This document shows positions 37,801 through 49,800 of a DNA stretch of 64,000 nt, piece after piece. The translations under genes and the position numbers were made by a program. The notes beneath the pieces were generated by a model. That model searched no databases and was not told where the DNA came from. It saw only the letters and a program-made list of their open reading frames with translations. Every line of letters begins with the position of its first letter. The first letter of the stretch is position 1. This stretch comes from Macrostomum hystrix. Taxonomy: Eukaryota; Animalia; Platyhelminthes. The stretch spans positions 1,922,001-1,986,000 of the forward strand of contig CATNEN010000041.1 in NCBI GenBank assembly GCA_950097015.1, written 5' to 3'.

Positions 37801-40800
37801 GGGTAGAATGGAGAGGGTAGGCAGGGAAGGGTAAAGTGGAGTGCAGGTTGGATGGGAAAAGCAGAGAAGAGAGGGCAGATGGTGAGGGGAAGTGAGAATG
37901 GGAACAATGAGGCTGCCAGGTAGGAAGGGTCCATATGAGTCAGCCGGCCAGTAAGAGCTACAAAAGGAGCCATTAGTAAAAAGCGCAGAACAACTGTGGA
38001 CATTGGAGTGGGCCGCAGCCAGAAACCCCGCCGTGTAATTAAAGCGACCACTCCGGACATTGATTCCCCAGCAACTCCTTCAGTGCGCGATGCATAAAAA
38101 AACAAAACTTTCGGCCACTTTTTGTAGGGAAATAAATTAGTGCTCAGCTCAGCCCGGGCGAGGATGCGGAGCTGGGACCACTTGTGGAATGATGAAGCGC
38201 GGCGGCTGGGCAGAGCTGGGCCTGTTGAAAATAGTGAGAACGCCCGGTCCCAGCAAGCAGCTTGTTAGTGAGGCTCAGTGTAAGATAATACCAGCCCCCG
38301 AATCTCAAAGCGCAAACGATCTGTCTCATCGGGCGTTCAACTGAGAGCGAAATCAATCAGGAGAGGCTCTTTGCCAAACAGAAATCGGAGGCGGAGAAAT
38401 TGCATTCCGCGCTCACTCGCTCTCTTTGATGAGGGGTTCTCGGTGCGCCTCAGTCCGACGCAAAGGCGCCCAGACAGAGACCCTTGTCGGGCCTGTGACG
38501 CCACGGCCACCTGCGTCAATTAGAGCTCGTCCCCACGCTCCAACCCTGTCTCTGGTGTTGTTTGGCCAAGGAGTCTCCAGTTTCACTCGCTCCACTGCCT
38601 GGATCGCTGGGGTCAACTACCAACTGTGCAAACAGTGCATATTGTCCAGGCCGAGTGTTTGTACCTTTAATTCAGTGGAAAATTGAAAATTCTGCGCCGC
38701 AGCAGCAGCAGCAGCAGCACGGTCGTCAGTCGACTGACACGCAGAAGATGAGAGGTCTGTGATTGCACAGCTGCCCATGTGTGACTCATGCAGCAGGCAG
38801 GAGGTCAGCCAGCATCTCCAGCCGGGCTCGGCACAGGAGCATGCTGCACAGGTGATAAGCAGTCTGCTGCACAGTTTCTAAATAGTCTGCTGCACAGGTG
38901 ATAAGCAGTCTGCTGCACAGTTGATAAGTAGTCTGCTACACAGGTGATAATTAGTCTGCTGCATGGGTGGTAATTAGTCTGCTGCACAGGTGCTAATTAG
39001 TCTGCTGCACATGTGGGCTGCTTGCGCAGTGCCACAGGCGTGGTGCCCGATTCGTTTCTCGGGCCGGCGGCTCCTCCGAAGACCCTCGACGCGCAAAGAC
39101 GAATCCATAAAGAGACTCAAAGTGTCGGCCCAATGGCCCGCGCAGTCTCAAAGCGTTAAGGAGAGAAAAAATTGAGCCTAGCACTGCATGATTGATGAGG
39201 CGAGCTCCGCCTCCTGGGAGCCGGGCGGGAATCGGCCAAGTGCGCGCCCCTCGCCGCCATCAGCTTCGCGCTGATGAGGAAATGCAAAATAAATTTATAA
39301 ATAATAACTGCGCGGCCGAGCCTCGCGGGGTGCGAACGACTTGCGAGGCCGCAGCTGCGGGAGGCGACCGCAGGACTCGAAGAAGTCGAGACCGCTCAGG
39401 GAAGGCAGCTGGCAGGAAGAACCGCTGATTGATGACGCAATTTCTCTGAGCCAGTTGACTTCTGCTTGGTGTATCTCCCGCAGCGCGCCCGCCAGTCCAG
39501 GAATTCATCAGCTCCGCCTGCTCCCTCCAATGTGCGAGTCACTTTACTTCCGAAAGATTATTCGCTGAATTGGCCTCTGAAAAATCCCTCCTGCACTCAA
39601 ATCCCATATATTTGTCTCTTTATAAGCTTACCCACCAGCACTCTCATTCTCTCCCTTCTCACTCTCATTCTCTTCCCCTTCTCGCTCTCTCCCCCCTTCT
39701 CACTCTCATTCTCTCCCTTCTCACTCTCATTCTCTCCCCTTCTCACTCTCATTTTCTCCCTTCTCACTCTCATTCTCTCCCCCTTCTCACTCTCATTCTC
39801 TCCCCCTTCTCACTCCCATTCTTTCCCTTCTCACTCCCATTCTTTCCCTTCTCACTCTCATTCTCTCCCCCTTCTCACTCTCATTTTCTCCCTTCTCACT
39901 CTCATTCTCTCCCCCTTCTCACTTCCATTCTCCGTTCTCACTGTCATTCTCTCCCCTTCTCAAATTTTAACTCCTTCCAGTCACCTGTACTCTCAGTCAC
40001 TGTCTCACCCCAGTTTGCCATTCTGTCTACAGTTCCCCCATTCTCTGCTCCATGCAGCCAGATGCCGGTCTCTTTCATGCTCCGTCCGGCTGCTCACCAG
40101 CTGGATCCCACACACAATGGCTTCAACTCGCGCTGTCTCCACCTGAGCTCCTCCACAACGCCAAGACCGCAATGGCCCTCAGCCAGATTAACCGACAACC
40201 ACTTTGACAGCGCCGCCAACCGGACCGGAACGGCCGGAAAGAGATTAGGAAAAAGACGGACAGGGAGGGAAGGAGACGGACAGTCAGTCACTGTGACGGG
40301 CAGGCCTCCAACTGGCTGGCAGACAACCTCTGCCAGCCACAGCGAGAGCGGCACGCAAACAGACGGCCGTGTAGGCCCCTGTTAGCACAGCTTGCGTAGC
40401 AGAGACAAACACGGGAGGGGCGGACAAGGCAAACCCGAGGCATTCTCAGCAACTTTTCAAGTTGAAGGACTCAGGGAAAGTCACTCGCCGGACCGTTTCT
40501 GTAAGGCAGTTTTTTATTTTCAGATCGCTCTGCAAACACGAAGCTCTGCTTGCCTTGTTTGCCGTGGGGTGGCCGGGCGGTCCACAAGCTGGGGCCTGAA
40601 TTTCATTTTGCAGTCCCGATTAGCGCAATTAGAGACCGAATGCTCAGGCTGAATGATGCAGCGGTGATCCCAACAACCCACTGAAACCCTTGCATCGATT
40701 ATTCCCATGCGCCACAAAAAGCAACAGTTGATTCACCCAAGTCACAGTCGGCAAAAAATCAACAGAAAAAAGTTATCCCAACTCAATAATGCTCCCAACT

Positions 40801-43800
40801 TTCCAATTAGGGCGGCCCGTGAATGACGCTGCTTTCTTTCTAAAATCCCAGTTCTCGCCACAATGAGCCCAGCGAGTTGAAAATGTCACGGCGAGTTCAG
40901 TCGGGGGGGGGGAGATCGGAGCCGCAGATTCCGCATGCGATTTTCCCCAATGCTTTGTCACGGAGCCGTGAGCATTGCTCAGGCCCGGCCGCTGAACGAG
41001 CCCCAGTGGAAATGCCGCGCCGGGCCCAAGTGTTGCAGAATTATCCCAGCGACCGAGGTGGGGAGAATGAACTGGCTGAGCTATCCCGCGGGACAGATTT
41101 TGGGGCTGATGAAGAGAGCCATCCGAACACAAAGAAGGCCTCTCTTCTCACTTTGCTGGAGGATTGTGAAAGGGAGATAAGCCCGAGATGATAGGCATTG
41201 CGGGGGCTCGGGGATGCAGTGTCTGAGTCATCCAGTGTGAGTTGCAGAGGCCCAGGTGAAGCATATGTTCGGCTCAGAGCAACAAGTGCCAGCGCAGCCT
41301 CTGTGCTCAACTCGAGTGCTGTGTTTGCTCAGGCGGTGCACGGCCGGGATTTGAGCAGACGCCCACCCCAGACATCAAGCCGCCCGCCATCCCTGCTGCA
41401 TTCCGGCCCGTCTGCTGCAGCAGGGTGCGGCGCGGGGCACCAGCGGACCGGCAAATCGCTGCCCGAATATCCCCAGGACTGGTCGGATTGATGGCTGGGG
41501 GAATAAATTATTCCGCAGCACACACTGCAGAGGTGCAGCCCGGCCTGATTCCGTATGCCACCGCATGCCCCACCCGCCCTGCACTGACAGCTGCCGCGTC
41601 TGGGAGCTCAAGCCGCCCGACTCGCTTGGGTTCGAGAGAGTTGGCTCGGAATGATGCCAGAGTGCCCCTGGCTGAGCCTCGATACATCTGCTTCCCGCAC
41701 CAGCATTCACCCACCCCGCCTTGTCATGCCACTCTGACTTGCGTCTGCCCGCCTCTGCGCTTGCCTCTACCTTATCCTCCCCCCCTTTCCTTGATCTCCC
41801 CTTGCCTCTCCCTTATCTTCCCTTTCCTCTCCCTTATCTTCCCTTTCCTCTCCCTTCTCGTCTCCCTCATAGGGTCAATAAGCCGTCTACTACGAGTGCA
41901 CAATTCTGCTTGCACAAAACAGATGGACCTGTCCCTCTGACACACCTAGTTTACTAAGTGTCCTCATTTAGGATTTAGTTTTGATCTCGAGTCATCAACA
42001 GTTCACAGGGCCTAATTATCCAGTTCTAGCAGCAATTTTAATTAGTAATTCGGGTGTCTAAAAAGCACTGATACACCGATCGCGAGGCCATAAACCTGAT
42101 TAACAGCTTGTCGCGAAGGCCACGTCAACACCTGACCCGCTCCGCGGCGATGCCTCACCTGACTCGAAGAACACCTCTGACAGCAGCATCCAGTTGCTTA
42201 TGGGGTGAAAGTGCAACTCCAGCCGCACGAATCGGCCCACCAGGCCCACAATGTCCAGGCGCAACGGCCGCGTGAACTGGTTGCTGTCGTCCGGAGGCAC
42301 CGCGGTCGCCACGCTGGCTGCGGTGAAGTAGCGGCCGCCCACGCTGGCCGAGGCCACCGCCCTGGAGAACAGGCGCGCGTCCCAGCTAGCGAAGTCGTTG
42401 TTCGTGTCGATGGTGACGCTGTGAAATCGACGCACGGCGTCGAACTCGAACTCGATGGTGACTGAGTCGCTGTTGAGCTGGCGCTTGTCCCAGCCCACGT
42501 AGCGCAGGCCGGCCAGGCCCTCGTCGTTCGGGTCGGTTCTGGGGGACACGCTGCTGCTGGTGTAGTCCGCCAGCTTTCCGAGCCCGCCGGTCAGCTGCCC
42601 ACGGACCACCCGGCCGTCGTAGAAGTGATCGGCGAAGTCGGCCTGGCCTCCGGCCGCGGAATGGCCCTGAGGCGCCGAGTAGGCCACGAGGCCCTGGTAG
42701 TCGGGGCAGCCAAACAGCTCGAACTTCAGGCACACATTGGTGTCCTTCTCGTCCGGGTTCAGTGGGAAGATTTTCACCTGCTTGGCCACCAGCGGCGGCT
42801 TCAAGGTGACGTAGTTTTTCTTGTCCTTCACATCCGTGTTGCCCTTGATGACCTGCGGCAATTCCAGGGAATCAAATTATGGATGGGAAATGGGATTCGG
42901 GACTTCATTTTTTGGGATCCTAAAATGGGGATCGCTTGTGTTCGGGTCTGGCTTTTTACTGGAGTTAGGACAAAGACCATTGACTTTCAGGTGACACGAA
43001 CTCAAAAAGGTAGTCTTGAAAAATACAAATATCCGCGTGCAAATTTCAGGAAAAAAAACTTCTGCAGTCATGACCCGGGCAGCAGGGAGTTCTCCCACGA
43101 GGGCTGGGAAGCACTAAGATCCCCAACAAGGTGGCCATGAGAGGCCAAATTTAGTAACTGCCAGGTAATGCGGCCTCACACGCGAAGTGCATCAGGAGTG
43201 CCAGGAGCCGACAGGGTCCGGACTGTGCAGTGGTCTGAGTTGGTGCGGCCATTGTTCTTTGCCCTCAGAGGTGAAAGTTGAGTGAGGAGATTAAACACTT
43301 AGGGAAAGGGTCGGGAAAGTTTGAAAGTGAGCGGATTCCCCAGTCTGAGGCCGCCAGGGAGCAAAAAGCGCGGGGCTCGAGCTTGGGATTTTGGAGGCGG
43401 AGCTGCCTATGGGAGGATTATCCCAGCCCGACCCCCAGAGTGCGTGGCCGCGGCGGATTAGGAGGCGGGTCCGAGCCGAGGCGCTTTTTCTTCTTTTTTC
43501 CCTTTTTCCTTAAAAATCCCCTCTAGGGAAGAGAAATGAATCACTATTTCTGCTCATGCGCTGAGCTGATCCCTTCCTGCTTTCTTCAGAAGCTTCAGAG
43601 CTGGGGCTGCGGGGCAGCACACTGTGTACGATCTCCTTTTAGAGGGGCGGGACTCTTCTTCCAGAGTCCCAACTCTTTGAGAAGCTTGAGTAGCCTCAGT
43701 ACTCGCTCGGGTCTATTTTGGGGCGTTGCGGACTTGTTTGGTCTCTCGGTTGTCGGGAAAACTTCCCATGGGCAGGTGGGACACGCCCCTGGCCGCGGTG

Positions 43801-46800
43801 GGCAGACGGCAAGCCGAAGCGAGGCTAAATAGGCCTTCTCAAGCGAATTAGTCTTAGCGCTGAGCATTGTGCTCACCGCAGGATGGCGGAAACCTGGGAT
43901 AGTGCGTGACCGGTCGGGACTTGACTGACACCTGTCAACTTGGGATTTCATCACCGCCCGCGTCCTGTGACAGCTGAGCAGGGCTGAGCAGAGTTAAGCT
44001 TAAGAACAGCTGAGGGGAGGAGCTGAAACACGTGGGATATTTATCCGACCCAGCACCAAGAGCCTCGAAGGAGAAGGGAGCTTGCCACTTATTTACGACA
44101 TCATTAATTTGGGTAGTTCTCCAGACAGGTGACAGACCTCCCCTGACAAGCCGGGGATGAGACTTCTCAGATGGGGAATTGGGTGGGGCTTATGATTATG
44201 CGAAGCTCAGACCAGGCACTCAGCTGCTACTCGCTCCGATAAAACTACGATTGCGTAACCCACCGAGGGAGCGACCTGAACCATGAAATGCGGCCTCTGA
44301 AAGAGCGAGAGACTCACCGACTGGCCCTTCAGCTGGCCGTTGACGAAGCCCAGCATGCTGTAGTTGCGGAACTCCTCGGCCTCCGTCCGCTTGTACTGGA
44401 TGAACAGCTGCTTCGAGTGCTCGCCCTGCGGGGAGACCACGGGAGCATTAAAGATGCATCTCTAAACAATGAACTCTGCTACCGCTGCCCCGCCATTTCT
44501 CCCCGGCAAAAAGGCAACACGCTCGACACAAAAGCGGATGAAGGAGCAGCTGAAACTGCAGCCGCTTTGAGGCTCCGCCTGCTCATCTTCTCGCGGCGCA
44601 CAAACAATATCCCGAGCGGCTCGCTACTCCCGCTCAGGTACAGGGAGCAGCTCACATGATGCGATGGATACAGCAGCACCCGCCCTGTTGTTAATCCGCA
44701 GGTGGCGCCCAGCCTCCCCCAGCCTCATCTCAGCGTCCCCGGGCTGCGAAATGGCCAGCAGCCGCTCCCACCTTTTACCGGCGCCTCATCATTTTAGCCA
44801 TTTTGCTTGCCTCGCGAACAAAGCCCGCGGCAGTCAAAGCGATCGATGCGGCCCCGCCAGCCTCAATCGATCTGCCTTCGCTTGCTGCGCCCACCTGCCC
44901 CGCCCCAGGTAACTGGAGACTCGACTCAGGGCTGTGGGGAGCGGATTAAAAGCTCAATCCCACTGATCCCAAAGCAATCTTGGGAGGGGAGTATCTACCT
45001 GCTCCTCAATCAAGGTAGCAAAGCAATAATTAAAGGCTGATCGCGCACACACTGCTCAATGCGGACTCACTGACAAAATAGAAATCGGTTCATAATGTCT
45101 CTAGAAGTGACACAAATCCCACGGGGATTTTTCAGCCCGCTGGGATAATTTATGGCGTCACAAAAGTGGCTGCTCAACCCCCTCCTCCCAGAATCGCGTG
45201 CCACTTGCCCGGCCGGAACTGAACCCGGGTCAAGCTACTCCCAAACTCGAGCGACCTGCTCAAAACGGCAATGGCTCAGATTTCTGAAGCTGAGCAGCCG
45301 CGGTCTGCAAATGAACTTTCAAGTTCGAGCCGCGAGTCCTTCTGCTCCAGAGCTAGACGGAGTAGCGGAGCGCAATGATGGCTGGAGGCTGGGGTCAGGG
45401 GGGCGCAGCTTCGCTGTTTTTTTTAAGTTTGCAGGGCCAAGTCAAGCGCGGGCAGTTGCACTCCTCCGGCTGGGGGGGGGCAGCGGAGCACGAAGGGACG
45501 GCGCCACAGCGACGCCCCGCCATGCGGATCGCGGCGGCCTGCCGGACAGCGGCTTCGGGGAGCATTGAGGGGAGGTGAAATTGTGCGTCCCATCCTCCCA
45601 CCCCGAGTGAAGTGGAGGGGCCTTTTAGAAAATAAATAATTCACCCAGCAGCCGTGTTGAGGAGGCCGCAGCCATCTTGGGAAGTGCAGGCGGGGTGGAT
45701 GCGCTGGACCTGGGTGTGTACAGGCCTCTCCTCCCTGTATTGTCTGTCTGGGATTGTGTTTTACCAAATTCTTGTGCCATCAGGTCAGTTTTCGCGTGCC
45801 CTCCTTAGTTACAATATACTAAACTAGTCGTGAGTTCGAACCCGCAGTTTCAACCACCACCTGAGCGAGCATATAATTAAGCTAATTAATCGGTTCGATT
45901 AAAAAGCTTCCGTCGTGCAACAGTCGTAAAGGCATTGATGTTTATGTCTATGGCAAAAGCCGTACCAGCCGCCGCGCCCTGGGAGAGATAAAGCGGGAAT
46001 GAGCCCCGCTCACTACGGCAGTGACAGCTGTCCGAAGTCATTAAAATAAGTTTTTTGCTGGCCGGGGCTTCGGCTCACACAGGCAGCGGCGAGGCTAATT
46101 TGTGAAATTGAGGTTTTACGGTCTCGGGCAGGCCGGGATCCTATGATGCCCCCCCCCGAGGCACTGAAGCGAGGAAGTCAGCCCGCCTCAAGATGAAGAC
46201 TCCGCTCCCCCCTGGAAAGCCTCACTTAGCAGAAGTTGAGATCCGCATTCCGCTAATCAGGGCTCCCTCTATCTCCCCTTCTCCCTTTCTCCCTACTGCC
46301 CGTCTGTCCCTGCTCAAAGCCGCTCCAAGGGCCCCGACAGGAAGGCCCAGCAAAGGATAGGGAGGCCTGAGGCTGCTTCCGCCTGCCGCGGGTGTGGGGA
46401 TGAGAAACTGAGGGGCTGCAGCGGCTTTGATGTCCCCGAGCAAACAGATCCGCCGTCCGCTGCGCGCGCTGGCCCGTGAGAGCCCGGCAGCCAGAGACTT
46501 AATTAGCAGATGAGGCGCTCAGTGAGCGAGTGGCTGGCTGTCTCCAGGCCCAGCAACACCCCGCGGCCTGTCACCTCGCATTACCTGCCCCGCCCGCTGC
46601 GTGGAAAATCTCGGCAGTTTTCTGGGGGCCCGGCTACCAGCGGGCCGATTGAGTGCCTACCAATTAGGCCTGATTAATGCGGCCCCACGATAAATGAATG
46701 CTGGGCCGGCTGAAGTGCACATGAGGGGCCTGAAGCTCACCCAGCTCCCGCTGCACTGGCTAGAGTGTCTGCTGCTGACTGGCTTCAAAAGCGAGTCTGC

Positions 46801-49800
46801 ATCATGGGAAACCCGATCAGCAGCTGGCGGGAGAGAAGTGCAAGGAGACGCAGCTGGCTTTTGTCAGGCAGCAGCGCAGCATTTGGCTCATGTTTCTCCA
46901 CAGATTCCCAGCACTGGCTGCTCCACCCGCTCTCTCCCTCTCTATCCGACTTTTTCTACTCAGTGAAAAAATCTTCGCCGCATTGTGAGATGCGAACTGC
47001 AAATTGCAGTGCAAAACAAGCTTGCTGCAATTTCCAAATATGGAGTGTGACAAAAGTGGGGTCCATTTTTCTGTCTGAGCCAAGGCCTGCTCGACTCGCT
47101 GCCCGTGTTTGCAGAAGCCCAGCGTGTTTGCCTTCCTGGGCCTCGGATTTCCGGCCATAGACACTGGCCAGTCGGAGCCGCATTCCTGTGACTCACCGCT
47201 GAGTTATGATTGCAAAGCCTGGGGCGCCAGTGGCCCCGCTGTTAATGTGAGCGAAATTGGAAGGCAGAGCGACAAAACGGCCCCCTTCTGCGACGCGGAC
47301 TCGGCCGCGCACGCACGCGGGCCGCGAAATTGGATAAATCTGGGCGTTATGGAACAGGCCCGGGGGCGGGCACATCGAAAGTCGTGACGCACACAGGGAA
47401 CTGTGATGAAGGCACGGATGCAGTCTTGTTATTAGCCACCCGGGCTCCACCTTATTAAGACGCTTGCAGCTTCCGCGCCAACATTTGGCACAGCTGATTA
47501 ATCCCTGATAGGGGAAAATTATCGGCCACGGGCGCGGACTAATGAAAGGAGACAAAACTGTGTAAGGCCGGCAGGGGAACTGTGACTCAGCCCTGTCTCC
47601 TGACTGTAATTGAAGCTGAGGGGCCTAATGCAGGCTGCAAACACAACCCCACGGCCCAACTCTTTGTGGCCTCGGGTGATTGAGACCGCATGGACACACA
47701 TCAGGGACCTCGGTGATTGACAGCCCAGTGAACTCGACCCCCCAGCCTGTGTCATTTGTCAGCACCAGCCAGCCCAGCTATTTGATGCCACAGGTAGGCA
47801 GGTGATTAACGGGCATGCATTAAATCTGCAGTCTCCAGTTACCGGGCGGAGTTGGGAAGTGACCGCTGCGCACTAATGCATCCCTGATTGCTGTCTGGCC
47901 TCCTTGGGTTGAGCTGCGCGACACTTCTCGGGCATTAGGCGAGAATTCTCCTGCGGCATGGCGAGCCCTTTGTTCCCCGGCACTAATGGGTGAAGCTGCT
48001 GCGAGATCTCGGGCCATATTTTCTCCAGGTAAGTCCTATCAGTGAGGAAGTGCCAACCTGACCTGACCTCACCTTTCACACGGGGCCAAGCACGCTTTCT
48101 AGGCAATTCCCGCGCTATTTGGACAATCCCTCAGGCTTCATGGTTGGTCGTGTCAAGGAAGCGAAACAAGAACAACCGAAGATGATATTGCGGGCCGGCG
48201 CAGTTAGAGACAGCGCTTTGAAAAGCAAATATTACTCGGCAATGCACACCGCCCACTGCCAGGGACTCCCATGGGCGCTAGAGGCCAGGGGAGGCGGCCC
48301 CACAGGCGGCCCGGCTAAAAGCCGCCACGCAGGCGGGCCAGTTCCAGGTAGAAATATGACGCCATTAGTAGCTCCGCAGCAATGTCCCAGGAGCTAATCA
48401 ATCCCGCTGTGCGCCCGGGGCGACCGACCCGGCAGATCGGAATTGTTTATCCCTAAAATATCAGGCCTTTTCATCCCAATCTTGGGATATTTATCCCCTG
48501 TTTCTAACTCCTTTCAATTCATTTCGCTTAGTCTGCAGTTGAAAGGATAAATGGCTGCTTGGATGCAGGGACTGCGACGCGAGATTGATTCCGAATTCAC
48601 TTTGTGTGCCTCTTTTCAATTACGCATGCTGTTAGCGGCCCGTTTATCGTCTTCACAGAGCTCCTCGTTCCACTTGATAGGTTAGTCCTATCTGCCAGCA
48701 GGCCAAATTAATCTGGCTCGCCTCTTTCACTCGGACTGGCACTCCCTAGACCCAGCCCTGTCACTCGAACTGGCACTCCCTAGACCCAGCCCTGTCACTC
48801 GAACTGGCACTCCCTAGACCCAGCCCTGTCACTCGAACTAGCACTCCCTAGACCCAGCCCTGTCACTCGAACTGGCACTCCCTAGACCCAGCCCTGTCAC
48901 TCGAACTAGCACTCCCTAGACCCAGCCCTGTCACTCGAACTGCCATTCTCTAGACGCAGCCTTCAAATTGTCAGCCCGCCACTCACCGAGTCGGCGGTCT
49001 TGTGCTGCCTGGGCGCAGTGAGCAGGTTGTTGATAATCTTGAGCTCGGGAAAGGTGACCAGAATCCACTCGGACATTGTGTTCTGGCGCAGAGGCAGGTT
49101 GGGGCACCAAGCCTGGTCGTTCTGGTTGTCGGAGCCATCATTCGAAATCCTGAAAAGGGCAGTTTTAAAACTTGCATTTGAATTCAAGAAGAGCTGAGGA
49201 GGTCTTGGAAACGGCCACTGAATAGAAAGATGCTTTTTCAAAGCTCCAAGCAAAGACAACACGCGAAAGTCCAGGTGAAAATCCGCCCCTCTCCGCATCA
49301 CCTGTTCGACTCCCAGCATCCCCGCCCTCAAAGCAAGGAACAGACAGAGAGGAACAGGCTGAGAGGAACAGGCTGAGAGAGACAGGTCAGCTGCTCCCCG
49401 CGCAGCTGGGCGGGAAGCCCCCAAATCCCGCCGGTTTAACAGAGAGGAAAAACTGGGAGAAAGATCCCCAAAAGGGCTTCATTGGCAGGATATTTTTCGG
49501 CGAAAGTGTACCATTGTGCGAGACGGAATGGCCAGGGTGTCGGCTGATGCGATGAATGTCGGATTTCTATGAATTTCTAAGGAAGCAAATGGATTTGATA
49601 TGAAAAGCTATACTGTGGACTACTGACAGATCAGCAGGTGATGCTCTGACATTTTTCATCAAACCTGTCATAAAAAACTTCCCATGGCAGCTGCGCTGAG
49701 CCCTGCATTTCAGCATCATCATGGCGCATTGTGTATACAAGGGAGATTTGTCACGGGGAAAACAGGTTGCTGCCCAGTGTGAGTGAGTCACAGCTACCAG

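Noticed and set aside
45830-45905. B-box-like GTTCGAACCC and GGTTCGATT as tRNA genes
   Set aside because: No A box at suitable spacing and no cloverleaf.
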